IMG/VR virus record: IMGVR_UViG_3300022744_000026
Location: 14,098-78,097 of that record
Length of the DNA stretch: 64,000 bases
Reading direction: 5' to 3' (one strand)
Origin: a virus
Position numbers and translations under genes: made by a program. This document shows positions 53,404 to 63,295 of the stretch, in pieces. Within the stretch, counting starts at the first letter, position 1. Each line of letters begins with the position of its first letter. The notes under the pieces are model-generated. The model was not told where the DNA came from, searched no databases, and worked only from the letters and a program-made list of their open reading frames with translations.

Positions 53404-53653
53404 AGCTAAGCGGCAAGGGCGGCAACTTGCGCAGTCGCTCTCGTTCCTGTTCCGCAAGCGGTACAACCTGCCGCCGACCGATCCGCGATTTTTGGAGATG
53501 ACGCCAGAAGGCATCGAGGCCGACTACTGGGCGCATCACTACGCCGAAAATCCGACCGAGGATGAGGTCGTGGATGAAGAATACAGCCTGGCGGACGAAA
53601 TCGCCGCGGCGGACGCGGCGGCGGACATGCCGGATGACTTTGAGGATGTGTGA
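53381..53653 (+). CDS. Frameshifted C-terminal extension of the tail chaperone
   Basis: Overlapping +1 frame FRKRYNLPPTDPRFL with no good start or ribosome-binding site; TCT TTT CGC at 53377-53385. Confidence 0.65.
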   Translation, partial: FAEEQSRRAKRQGRQLAQSLSFLFRKRYNLPPTDPRFLEMTPEGIEADYWAHHYAENPTEDEVVDEEYSLADEIAAADAAADMPDDFEDV

Positions 53654-56376
53654 TGGCTGACGGCGTCAAGATTCCAGTATCTGCGGACCTTGATAAGGCC
53701 GACATAGCGCGCACGATCTCTGACTTCACGGCGCAGATGAACAGGGTTGGCGACTCGATCGCCAAGATGAACAAGCTCAAGTTCAACCCTGTCGACAAAG
53801 CTGGCCTGGAAGACCTCAAGAAGGTCGTGGCGCAGTTCGAGGCGCTGAAGAAGATCAACCCCGACCTTAAGCGGAGGCTGAATGCCACGGGACAAGGTGG
53901 CACGAACTTCCACGATGTCGACTGGGGGCGCGTCTACACGGGCGGGCAAGGCGCGCAGCGGGTGTTCAACTACGTCGGCGCCGGCACGGCCTATGGCGAT
54001 CGGCTGTGGGCGACGCCAGCGGCACCGCCTGGGGGTCGTCCCCCTGGACCGCCCGGCGGCGGCGGTGGTGGTGGAGGCGGTGGTGGTGGAGGCGGCATGC
54101 CCCCCCAGCCCCCTGGCGGCGGCGGGTTCCCCGGGCAGGGCATCGTCAATGCTGGCTTGGGCGCTGCCGGCCCTGTCGGCGGCGTGGCCGCGCGCTCGAT
54201 CAACGCAGGCGCATCCGGCGGGTTCGGCGCCGGCCTGAGCACCATGATGGGCGGCCTTGCCGCGCTGGGTGTCAGCAAGGCTGTCGGCGCCGTGATGGGC
54301 AAGCTCGGCGATGCCGAACAGGAGTCGATCCGCTACGACACCCTGAAGCGCACCATCGGTGACGTGAACGTCGGGTTCAACGTCCTGCGCGACTCAGTGC
54401 GGCATGCGGCGAAGGGCATGGACACCACGTTTGACGAGGCCCAGCAACTCGCGCTGCAGTTCGCCAAGATGGCCAACGTCGGCCCTGGTGGCGCGGTCGG
54501 CATGCACCGAGAACTGATGGTCGGCGGCGGGCTGGCTCGCTCGCTTGGCCTGGACCTCGGCGCCGGCACCGGCCTGATGGCCTCGGCCCGTGTCAACAAG
54601 CTCACCACTGACGAGACGGGCAGCAAGCGACTGGCGCTGCTGATCGGCGAGGCGGTCGGCCGCGTCGGCTTTGCGAAGGCCGACGAACTCATGACGGCGG
54701 TGACGTCGTTCATCGGCAGTCAGACGCGCGCCAGCCTGTCGCCGGCCAATCTGGCGGGCTACCTCGGCAGTTTGGTGGGCATGGCTGGCAGCGGCCGGGC
54801 GGGTCTGGACGTCGGCAACTCGGCGTCGATTCTTGGCCGCGCAAACTCCGCCGTGATGGGCGGCGGTGCGGCCGGCGAGGCGGGCAACAACTTCATGCTC
54901 GCGGCACTGGGGCGCAGTACCGGCCTGAACCCGATCCAAGTCCGTCTGCTGCAGCAGCAAGGGCTATTCGGTAGCACCGGCAGCACATTCGGGTCGGGGT
55001 CGCTCTACGCGCAGTACAGCGGCAAGGTGATGGCCGGCAACAGCACCAGCAACATGGCGCGCATCGTCGGCGGGCTGAAAAGCCAATACGGCGGCAACTC
55101 TGACATGCTGCTGTCGGCCACCGCCAGCCTGCTCGGCTTGAACGAGACGCAGGCCATGGCCCTGCTCACGCACGGCACGGGCAACAACCTCGGCGGGCTG
55201 GAGGGTCGGCTGAGCCGCACGGGCGTATCCCTGAGCCAGTTGAACGCCAACGGCATCGGCGCGCTGGCGCGCATCAACGGCGGCAGCATGAGCGACCTGC
55301 AGGCGCAGGCGTCGTCGCTGCTTGGCCGCACTGGTGCCGATGCGCTCATGCCAGACGAGGCCAAGCGGCTGAAGGAGGCCATGGGTGGCACCGACATCGA
55401 GAAGATGAAGGACGTCCTGACCGAGCTTACCGCCACGCGCGATCAAGAGAAGACCGAAGGCTCTGAGACGCGCCGCTCGATCGCGGGCGTCGAGCGGGTC
55501 ACGCAGCAGTTCGCTGGCACGCTCATCCCGGTGGCGAACACCATCCGGGATGCCGTGGTGGCGATGGCCGCGAAGATCGCGCCTGACTCGCAGTTCGGCA
55601 AGGCCGCAGCAGACCTGGCGGGCATCAAGCAGTTCGACCAAGTCGCGGCGCAGTCCAAGGCCGACTTGGACAAGTACGATCAGGAGACTGCCGATCTGCG
55701 CCAGAAGCCAGGCTATGCCGCCATGAACCCGGCCGCCCGCAGCGCCTGGGAGAATGGCCGGTCACTGGAGCGCGAGAAGCGCGCGGCGATCGCTCAGCGC
55801 AACATGGGGTACGCCGGCAAGTACGCGGGTGGTGCCGATGCGCTCATGAATGCACTCATCCAGACGGAATCTGGCGGGCATCACATCGACCCGGCGACGG
55901 GCCGCCTGCTGGTGAACAAGGACACCGGCGCGATGGGCATAACGCAGGTGATGCCGGGCACGGGCACGGATCCCGGGTTCGGTGTGACGCCCCTGCAGAA
56001 CAACTCCGAGACGGAATACCGCCGGTTCGGCCGAGACTACCTCGCGGCGATGCTGCAGCGGTACAAGGGTGATTCATCGCGCGCCCTGGGCGCCTACAAC
56101 TGGGGCCCCGGGAACGTCGATAATGCGATCGGCATGTACGGCGACGACTGGCTGAAGAATGCGCCGCCGGAGACGCAGGCCTACGTGCGCAAGATCATGT
56201 CGCAGCAGTCGTCCGCGCCAGGGTCGGCGGCGATGGGCATGACCGGTGCGGGTGCTGGCCGCGGCGGCGCCGAAGCCTATGCTTCCATCGACATCCGGGT
56301 GCACCGTGATGGCGGCGTCGACACGCGCAACGTCAAGGCGAAGTTCAACAAGCCGGTCCCGGCCGGAGTCCAGTGA
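53650..56376 (+). CDS. Tape measure protein with a C-terminal lytic transglycosylase
   Basis: Ala/Gly-rich helical body; ESGG, GAMGITQVMP.T and ALGAYNWGPG. Confidence 0.85.
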   Translation: MMADGVKIPVSADLDKADIARTISDFTAQMNRVGDSIAKMNKLKFNPVDKAGLEDLKKVVAQFEALKKINPDLKRRLNATGQGGTNFHDVDWGRVYTGGQGAQRVFNYVGAGTAYGDRLWATPAAPPGGRPPGPPGGGGGGGGGGGGGGMPPQPPGGGGFPGQGIVNAGLGAAGPVGGVAARSINAGASGGFGAGLSTMMGGLAALGVSKAVGAVMGKLGDAEQESIRYDTLKRTIGDVNVGFNVLRDSVRHAAKGMDTTFDEAQQLALQFAKMANVGPGGAVGMHRELMVGGGLARSLGLDLGAGTGLMASARVNKLTTDETGSKRLALLIGEAVGRVGFAKADELMTAVTSFIGSQTRASLSPANLAGYLGSLVGMAGSGRAGLDVGNSASILGRANSAVMGGGAAGEAGNNFMLAALGRSTGLNPIQVRLLQQQGLFGSTGSTFGSGSLYAQYSGKVMAGNSTSNMARIVGGLKSQYGGNSDMLLSATASLLGLNETQAMALLTHGTGNNLGGLEGRLSRTGVSLSQLNANGIGALARINGGSMSDLQAQASSLLGRTGADALMPDEAKRLKEAMGGTDIEKMKDVLTELTATRDQEKTEGSETRRSIAGVERVTQQFAGTLIPVANTIRDAVVAMAAKIAPDSQFGKAAADLAGIKQFDQVAAQSKADLDKYDQETADLRQKPGYAAMNPAARSAWENGRSLEREKRAAIAQRNMGYAGKYAGGADALMNALIQTESGGHHIDPATGRLLVNKDTGAMGITQVMPGTGTDPGFGVTPLQNNSETEYRRFGRDYLAAMLQRYKGDSSRALGAYNWGPGNVDNAIGMYGDDWLKNAPPETQAYVRKIMSQQSSAPGSAAMGMTGAGAGRGGAEAYASIDIRVHRDGGVDTRNVKAKFNKPVPAGVQ

Positions 56377-57830
56377 TGAAAACGGTCAAGGTCTACCAGC
56401 CTCAATTCGGCGTCACTCTCTACAAGATGGTGGCGCGCAAGGGCCTTGGCGGGAAGCTGGTCACAAGCGACAGGTTCCAGGGCACTGTGCAGCAGCAGGC
56501 CATCGACCTGACGCCGTTCATCGGCGACGGCGCGTCTGTCCGCACCAACAAGTCGGTCCGCCAGCCGGCCGGCGGGTTCCAACTGACGATTGGCGATCAG
56601 GCCCACGGCTCGGCTGCACTGGAGTCGCTGTACGGCCTGATTGAGCCGATGGACATGATCGAGATTCGCGCCAGGCACGCCCTGACTGGTGCCGGCCAGC
56701 CTCCCATCCTGATGCGCGGCTTCGTGTCCGACGTGTCGAGAAGCGAAGGCATGGGCGGCGACGGTCGGCCGCAGCGGCAGGTGACGATCAGTGGACAGGA
56801 CTACGGCAAGGTCTGGCAGATCATGCAGATCGTGTTTTGGGCCGACTACATCCTGGGCCAGGACTTCATCTCTGGGTTCCGGTTGTTCGAGAAGTTCGGC
56901 GTGGGGTTCGAGACTGCGCTGAAGGTGCAGGACTTCGTGCAGCAGGTTTTCGACAAGTGCATCAACCCGTTCATCGACAAGATGATGCCGGCCGACTTCC
57001 CGCTCCCGCGAAAGATTCAGGTCGACATCGCGGTGAAGCATGGCACCACGTCGCCTGGCATCCAGTCGCAGCAGGGGAACTTCTACAACCTGCTGTCCGG
57101 CTTCAGCGACGTCGGCGTCTGGAACGAGTTGTTCATCGAGGACCGCGATGACGGCGTGTTCTGCGTCTTCCGCCCGAACCCGTACCTGACGGCCTCGGAT
57201 GACCCGCCGAAGAAAATCCAGCCGGATGCGCCGGACCCAACCTACATCGATGTGAGCGACGAGGACTTGATGTCGCTATCCGTGTCGCGAGGCGACGCGA
57301 ATGTGAGTAATTACTACTGGGTGTCTGCACCAAGGTTCCAGCTTGTCGATGACTACATCACGCGCCAGTGGGCGGTGACTCAGGGCGCGCGGGACACCGT
57401 GGTGCTGGCTGAATACACCAACAGCCAGGAAAAGCTGTACGGCACCAGGGCGATGCAGACGGAAACGGCGCTCGGGAACGACGCCATGCTGACGCACAAC
57501 ACCGGCGACGAGCAGCCCGGCATGACGAAGCAGGCGCAGACCATGGTGGATTGGGTCAACGAACGCCGCCGCGTCCTAGTCGAGCAGAACAAGGACAACG
57601 TCCTGTTCGAGCGCGGCAGCATGCGCCTGCGTGGCAACGAGGACATCAAGGCCGGCACCTACGTTCGCCTGACTCGCGGCAGCACGTCGGCCGTCTACTA
57701 CGTGGTGGAGGTCGACCACGAGATCGTGCCCTTCTCGGGCTGGTTCACCACGGTGCAGTTTGAGCGGGGGACTGGGTTCATCCGGCGGGTGCAGGCGGGT
57801 GGGTCGCCTTATCTGGCGGAGATGTCATGA
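56373..57830 (+). CDS. Baseplate hub protein
   Basis: ISGQDYGK; GSMRLRGN..I..G..V...YYV.EV.H; position. Confidence 0.75.
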   Translation: MMKTVKVYQPQFGVTLYKMVARKGLGGKLVTSDRFQGTVQQQAIDLTPFIGDGASVRTNKSVRQPAGGFQLTIGDQAHGSAALESLYGLIEPMDMIEIRARHALTGAGQPPILMRGFVSDVSRSEGMGGDGRPQRQVTISGQDYGKVWQIMQIVFWADYILGQDFISGFRLFEKFGVGFETALKVQDFVQQVFDKCINPFIDKMMPADFPLPRKIQVDIAVKHGTTSPGIQSQQGNFYNLLSGFSDVGVWNELFIEDRDDGVFCVFRPNPYLTASDDPPKKIQPDAPDPTYIDVSDEDLMSLSVSRGDANVSNYYWVSAPRFQLVDDYITRQWAVTQGARDTVVLAEYTNSQEKLYGTRAMQTETALGNDAMLTHNTGDEQPGMTKQAQTMVDWVNERRRVLVEQNKDNVLFERGSMRLRGNEDIKAGTYVRLTRGSTSAVYYVVEVDHEIVPFSGWFTTVQFERGTGFIRRVQAGGSPYLAEMS

Positions 57831-58714
57831 CACTACGGATCGGCCGCGTCACCGCGGTGCACCACGAGGACCACAGCGTCGACCTTGTGATGGTCGATGA
57901 CGGCAGCCGCCTGACCGGCGTGCAGGTGCTGGCGATCGGCGCCAGCAGCAACACCGGGCTGGTGAGCCTGCCCGAGCCGACCGCCACGGCGGACAAGTGG
58001 GACTTGACGCAGCGCACCGACAGGGACGCGGCGGCGGTGGTCGGCATGCTGGGGCCAAACACCTGGGTGGTGGTCGGCTTCCTCATGCCGCAGATCAGCC
58101 AGATGACGTTCGCGGCCGGGCGCTACATGAACCGGCTGCCGAGCGATGTCTACACGACGGTGGACGGCGCGGGGAATGTCGAGCTGCACCACCCATCGGG
58201 GTCATACATCCGGCTGGCCGAGACGCCAGCGCACGAGGATCTGGCGGGGCAGAACTTCGACGGCAACTTTGCCCTGGCCAAGAACACCGGCCGCAGCCTG
58301 CATCTGCAGGTGGTGGTGGGCCCGACGACGATTCATATCACGCCGGCCGGCGCGGTGACGATCGACCACCCTGGCGACCTGACGGTGAACACCGGCGGAA
58401 ATGCCTCGGTGACGGTGGCAGGCACCACCACGGTGAACTCCACCGGCACGGCGACTGTGCACGCGCCGTCCGTCACCATCGACGCGGCTGCGACCACGTG
58501 CACCGGCTCGCTGACCGTGAATGGCCTGCTGACCTACCAAGGCGGCATGACCGGCTCTGGCGGCAGCGGCGCGACGATGACCGGCAATGTGGTGATCACC
58601 GGCAACGTCCTGACCACGGGCGACCTGAAGAACAACGGCAAGTTCGTCGGCAGCACGCACACGCACCAGTACGTCGTCAGCGGCTCCGTCCTGACCACGA
58701 CTGTGCCGAATTGA
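57827..58714 (+). CDS. Baseplate spike (gpV/gp5-like)
   Basis: OB-fold start IGRV.AV; beta-repeat body; terminal HTH(Q) iron-binding motif. Confidence 0.85.
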   Translation: MTLRIGRVTAVHHEDHSVDLVMVDDGSRLTGVQVLAIGASSNTGLVSLPEPTATADKWDLTQRTDRDAAAVVGMLGPNTWVVVGFLMPQISQMTFAAGRYMNRLPSDVYTTVDGAGNVELHHPSGSYIRLAETPAHEDLAGQNFDGNFALAKNTGRSLHLQVVVGPTTIHITPAGAVTIDHPGDLTVNTGGNASVTVAGTTTVNSTGTATVHAPSVTIDAAATTCTGSLTVNGLLTYQGGMTGSGGSGATMTGNVVITGNVLTTGDLKNNGKFVGSTHTHQYVVSGSVLTTTVPN

Positions 58715-58724
58715 CCGCCGGCAT

Positions 58725-58738
58725 CGTGACGCCACACT
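58725..58738 (+). promoter_or_regulatory. Putative late promoter CGTGAC-GC-CACACT
   Basis: ATG 58745 follows 6 nt later. Confidence 0.75.
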
Positions 58739-58744
58739 TGGCGC

Positions 58745-59935
58745 ATGCTGTCCCTTGGCGCGCCATCTGACCAGACTGCCGGCGCCTGCCCGATTTCGTT
58801 CGTCCTTGACGACCCGACGTCGGCAGGCGCTGCGCTCAATGTCGTCACGCTGGCAATCCGGCCGGAGGACTTGAGTCGCCAGGAGCCGAGCCGGCTGACG
58901 GTTCAGCAGACCCTGGGCGGCGCGTGGGCCGACTCGTTCGGCGCCGGGCTGGCGCAGATCACCATCAGCGGGCACACAGGCTGGCATCGCATGTACGGCT
59001 CTGGCCTGGAGGTGGCGAACCAGTCCGGCCGCGCTGACGGCGCCATGCGGTTCGTGCAGTTGCGCGACACGGTGTTCGACCAGTGGCACAAGCGGCGCGC
59101 CGCGGCGTCGTCTGCCGGGTTGGACCCGAGCAAGATCAAGCTGATTTTCTCGGACGGCCTGCACGGCACCACGCACATCGTCGCGCCGGTGTCGTTCACG
59201 CTCCGCCGCAGCCGCAGTCGGCCGCTGCTGGCGCAGTATCAGATCAGCATGGTGGCGCTCGGGTCGATGGATGACGACGTGCTGGAGTCGACCATCCCAT
59301 CGATCATCGACGGCCTCACCAAGGGCCCGCTGTTGGAGGCCGGCCTGAAAAGCCTGGCGGCCAGCGCCACGAAGATCGCCGGCTATGCTGGCGAGGTCAC
59401 CACTTGGGTCGACAAGGCCGCGTCGGTGCCCGTGCGCTCGTTCATGCAGGCGACCGGCGCGCTGTATCAGGCCGTGCGTGATGGCGTCGGGTCGATCAAC
59501 GGCGCGGCGGATCAGCTCATCCTGATTGCGCGCGATGCCAGCAAGGCGGGGATGAACATCTTCCACAGCATCGCCGCCATCGTGAACCTGCCGAGCCAGA
59601 TCCGGGCGCGGGCGATGGACGTGGCTGCCGCCTACCGGAATGCGTTCTGTGCCCTGCGCGGCGCGCTGTCAGGTGCTGGGTACTATGAGGACTACAGCCC
59701 CCTGTACGGCGCCAGCAACTGCAGCTCCACGGCCGGCGGCCGGGCGCTCACGCAATTCGCCGGGCTGAACACCTTCGCGCAGACGGTGACCACCACCACG
59801 ACCACGGCGGCGCTCTCGACCGATGGCAGGGCGAGCCTTGGGGTGCTGGCTTCTTCCGACCCGGTGTTGGCGCCGATGTCGTTGGCGACGATCGGGCCGC
59901 TGGCCTCCAGTGCGGCGCGGGGCATCTCGGTATGA
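58745..59935 (+). CDS. Baseplate/tail-tube initiator protein
   Basis: IRPE......P.R....QTLGG...D.FG.G...ITISGHTG; F...RS.SRPLL..Y. Confidence 0.75.
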   Translation: MLSLGAPSDQTAGACPISFVLDDPTSAGAALNVVTLAIRPEDLSRQEPSRLTVQQTLGGAWADSFGAGLAQITISGHTGWHRMYGSGLEVANQSGRADGAMRFVQLRDTVFDQWHKRRAAASSAGLDPSKIKLIFSDGLHGTTHIVAPVSFTLRRSRSRPLLAQYQISMVALGSMDDDVLESTIPSIIDGLTKGPLLEAGLKSLAASATKIAGYAGEVTTWVDKAASVPVRSFMQATGALYQAVRDGVGSINGAADQLILIARDASKAGMNIFHSIAAIVNLPSQIRARAMDVAAAYRNAFCALRGALSGAGYYEDYSPLYGASNCSSTAGGRALTQFAGLNTFAQTVTTTTTTAALSTDGRASLGVLASSDPVLAPMSLATIGPLASSAARGISV

Positions 59936-60546
59936 CCGTCGACCTGCGCACGCCCCTGACGGGGTTCCGGTTCGTTGAGACGCGCCGTGGCGACACGATG
60001 CAGGCGCTTGCCCTGCGCGAGCTTGGCGACGGCAAGCGGTGGCCTGAACTCGTCGCGCTGAACAAGCTGGCGCCGCCGTACATCACGGACGACGCATCGC
60101 TTGTCACTGACGGCGTGGTGCTGACCGGCACGCTGGTGCTTGTGCCGGCGTCGGCAGCCGCCGCGATCAGCACCGACCCCGACCTCGTGTTCGAGCGCGA
60201 TATCTCCCTGGTGGGCGGCGTGCTGCAGATCGTCGGCGGGGACTTCGGCCAGGTGTCGGGTACGGCGAACCTGAGTCAGGCGCTGCGCCACCGGATCGAC
60301 ACGGACCGCGGCGATCTGGTGATGCACCCCGAGTACGGCAGTCGCGTGCGCGAACTGCTCGGCGCGGCGAACGGCGCCACGGCCGGGCAACTGGCTGCGG
60401 CCTACGCCAGGGCCTCCGTCGCGGCCGACCCGCGCGTGCAGCGCATCCGCAGCGCCGTGGCCGATGTGTCCGGCGACAGTATTTCTGTGACCGTCGTCGC
60501 TGAGCCCATCACGGGGCGAGCGGTCGATGCGACCGTGACCTTCTAG
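59932..60546 (+). CDS. LysM-like plus gp25-like baseplate protein
   Basis: GDTMQALA.RELGD...W.EL..LN.L; G..NL.QAL..R..T..G....HPEYGS and DPRV. Confidence 0.8.
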   Translation: MTVDLRTPLTGFRFVETRRGDTMQALALRELGDGKRWPELVALNKLAPPYITDDASLVTDGVVLTGTLVLVPASAAAAISTDPDLVFERDISLVGGVLQIVGGDFGQVSGTANLSQALRHRIDTDRGDLVMHPEYGSRVRELLGAANGATAGQLAAAYARASVAADPRVQRIRSAVADVSGDSISVTVVAEPITGRAVDATVTF

Positions 60547-60555
60547 GGGTAGGCC

Positions 60556-61689
60556 ATGGCCTTTCAGATCAAGGACTTTTCTTCGATCGCCGCCTCGCTC
60601 ATCAATCTGGTGCGCGCGACGACGAACAAGGTCACGGACTTCAACCGCGGGTCGATCATCCGCACGATGCTGGAGGCAACCGCCGCTGAGTTGGAGGAGC
60701 TGTACTTGATGATGTACGTGGGGATCAAGGAGGCCATCCCGGTCTCGGTGTTCCGCACGTTCGGATTCGACCCTCTGGCGGCGCAGGCAGCGAGTGGTGT
60801 CATCCGGTTCGGCACCAGTGGCGGCGTGCTGGCGACCACGGTGATCAACATCCCGTCCGGGACTGTGGTCCGCATCCCGGGCACCACCACCACCTATGCG
60901 ACGCAGGCTGCCGCAGCCATATCGCTCGGCAACAGCTACGTGGATGTGCTGGTGGCGGCTCAGTCGCCTGGGCTGGCCGGCAACGCTGGATCAGGGGTGA
61001 TCACCGAACTGCCGTCCGCCATCTCTGGCGTGGGAACTGTGACCAACCCGGCGCCTTTCATCAATGGCCGAGACGCGGAATCAGATGAGGCGCGCAAGGT
61101 CAGGTTTCAGGGCTACATCGCCAGCCTGGCGCGCGGCACCAAGTCGGCCATCGTCTACGGCGCCAAGACATCGGCGCTGACCGACTCGTTGGGTTCGGTG
61201 ACCGAGTACGTCGCGCACGCCAGCGTGCTGGAGCCGTGGATGACCGACTCGGCGCAGCCGATCAGCCTGGTGCGCTGCTACGTGCACAACGGCGCCAGCG
61301 CCACCAGCGGCGCCCTGGTGACGCGCACTCAGCAGGTGATCGACGGCTACTACGACAGCAGCGGCGCGCCCGTGCCGGGCTGGAAGGCTGCCGGCGTGCA
61401 ATGCATCGTGGCGGCGGCCAGCGACCAACCCATCAACGTCACGGCGACTGTGACCATCGCTCCCGGCTTCACCTCGTCCGATGTCCTAGCGGCGGCGGAT
61501 AGCGCCGTGAAGGCCTACCTCCAGGGCCTGGGCGTTGGCGAGGACGTGCGCGTGAGCGAACTGGTCGCCATCGTGCGGCGCGACATCGACGGCGCCTTCA
61601 ACCTCTCGATGTCGGCACCATCGGCCGACGTCACGGTGGCCGACAACGCCAAAGCCATCCCCGGCACCATCACACTGACCGCAGCATGA
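60556..61689 (+). CDS. Baseplate J/gp47-like wedge protein
   Basis: TDFN.GS..RT.LEA, G..GN, NG.D.ESD...K.RF and W.AAGV. Confidence 0.9.
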   Translation: MAFQIKDFSSIAASLINLVRATTNKVTDFNRGSIIRTMLEATAAELEELYLMMYVGIKEAIPVSVFRTFGFDPLAAQAASGVIRFGTSGGVLATTVINIPSGTVVRIPGTTTTYATQAAAAISLGNSYVDVLVAAQSPGLAGNAGSGVITELPSAISGVGTVTNPAPFINGRDAESDEARKVRFQGYIASLARGTKSAIVYGAKTSALTDSLGSVTEYVAHASVLEPWMTDSAQPISLVRCYVHNGASATSGALVTRTQQVIDGYYDSSGAPVPGWKAAGVQCIVAAASDQPINVTATVTIAPGFTSSDVLAAADSAVKAYLQGLGVGEDVRVSELVAIVRRDIDGAFNLSMSAPSADVTVADNAKAIPGTITLTAA

Positions 61690-63272
61690 AACTCGTTGAA
61701 AAGCTGCTGGGCTACCTGAACCGGGTGTTCGACAAGGGCCCTGACGCCGCGCTTGCGCTGCGCCTGCGGTATGACGGCTCGGCGATGTCGTGGACGGTGG
61801 CGGACGGCGTGCTGACCACCACTGTGACGGGTGGCACCGGCGCGGCTTTGCGTGTCGACCTGGCCGGGTTCACGGTGGGCACGCTGTCGGTGTTCCTGGC
61901 GGCGCAGCCCGGATACACGGTGCCATTCGTGGATACCGGCGAACTGTTGGGGCTGTCCGCCCTGGCGCTCATCGATGCCACAGGCGATCAGGCGCAGAGC
62001 AACGGTGACCACCTGACCGCGTTCCGCTCGGTACTGTGGTCGTACATGACCGGGCAGGCCACCGAACTGACTTCTTCGCGGGCGGCGATCGGCGAGGCGC
62101 TGCTGCAGATCGCCGCCACCACGGCGAGCGACACGTGGGTGGATGAGCACGGCGGGTATTACGGCATACCGCGCCGCAACGGCGAGGCCGACGCCCCGTA
62201 TGCGGCCCGCATGGTGGCTGAAATCACCTCGGCGCGCGGCAACGGCGTGGCCATCGCTGAGGCGATCCGCCTGGCGACCACCGGCATCTCTGCGAAGGTC
62301 ACCGACTACGCGACGATCACGGTGTCTGGCGGCGGCGTGGGCAGCTATGGCCTGTTCGATGCTGACGTGGAAGTCGGCGTCGACTCGCCGCTTGACCAAG
62401 TCCAGATCAACAGCAACACGCTGTCGATCATCGAGGCCATGCGCGATGCGGGGACGCACCTGCGCAAGCTGCGCTACATCCGCACCACCACGCTGGCGCC
62501 CTACATGGGCGCCTACCTGCGCGTGGGGCACGAGGTGTCGCTGAGCTGGAGCGGGTACAACCTGTTCTACGGCCCCAGCGGGCCCAGCCTGACGGCGACC
62601 TGGGCGCTGGATGGCTCGCAGACGTATTCCGGCATGTACCAGGCGCCGGTGACGCCTGCGCTGTTCATCACGGCGCCGTCGTTCTCGGCGCCGACATCCA
62701 GCGTTTCTGGCACCACATTCACGGCGAGCGCGGCGGGATCGGCATCGATCGCTGGCGGCGGCTCGACCGTGGCCTACAGTGCTGCCGGCGCAATCCAGTC
62801 GAGCACGTACAGCCTGATCGCGGACGGGAACTATGCTTTCCCGTCAAGCCTCTCCATGGATGTCGACATCACGTCGACCAATCCGTACTGCGGCGCGATC
62901 AGTATTGCGTCCATGCCGACGACGACGGGCGCGAATGGCTACGTGGAGGTCAGCTTCTTCCCGGCCTTCAACCAGTTGACCATCAACACGCCGAACACCA
63001 GCACGACAGTCACCGACGCATCGCTGGCGGGCGCTCAGACCATCCGCATCGAGTATTCCGGCGCCGGCATCATCACGGTGAAGCGCAATGGCACCACGCT
63101 GGTGACGCTGACCGACCCGGCCGCGTTCGATGTGGTCCCGGACATCCCCACCGATCCGACGACGCGCTGCTTGGGGTTCATCGATGTCACAGGCGGCGGC
63201 ACCGATTCTGTCTCTCGGGCCTGCACCATGACTGGGTTGCGCCTCGTCGGCAATTTCATTCTGGTTCCCTGA
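61686..63272 (+). CDS. Baseplate wedge (gpI-like) protein with a C-terminal beta-rich extension
   Basis: TA...W.D.HG.YYGIPR..GE.D..YA.R motif. Confidence 0.7.
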   Translation: MKLVEKLLGYLNRVFDKGPDAALALRLRYDGSAMSWTVADGVLTTTVTGGTGAALRVDLAGFTVGTLSVFLAAQPGYTVPFVDTGELLGLSALALIDATGDQAQSNGDHLTAFRSVLWSYMTGQATELTSSRAAIGEALLQIAATTASDTWVDEHGGYYGIPRRNGEADAPYAARMVAEITSARGNGVAIAEAIRLATTGISAKVTDYATITVSGGGVGSYGLFDADVEVGVDSPLDQVQINSNTLSIIEAMRDAGTHLRKLRYIRTTTLAPYMGAYLRVGHEVSLSWSGYNLFYGPSGPSLTATWALDGSQTYSGMYQAPVTPALFITAPSFSAPTSSVSGTTFTASAAGSASIAGGGSTVAYSAAGAIQSSTYSLIADGNYAFPSSLSMDVDITSTNPYCGAISIASMPTTTGANGYVEVSFFPAFNQLTINTPNTSTTVTDASLAGAQTIRIEYSGAGIITVKRNGTTLVTLTDPAAFDVVPDIPTDPTTRCLGFIDVTGGGTDSVSRACTMTGLRLVGNFILVP

Positions 63273-63275
63273 CAT

Positions 63276-63289
63276 CGTGACCGCACGAT
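63276..63289 (+). promoter_or_regulatory. Putative late promoter CGTGAC-CG-CACGAT
   Basis: ATG 63296 follows 6 nt later. Confidence 0.75.
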
Positions 63290-63295
63290 AGCAAA

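Noticed and set aside
54055-54096. GGN repeat run
   Set aside because: Encodes a poly-Gly linker in the tape measure protein; no sign of a contingency locus.
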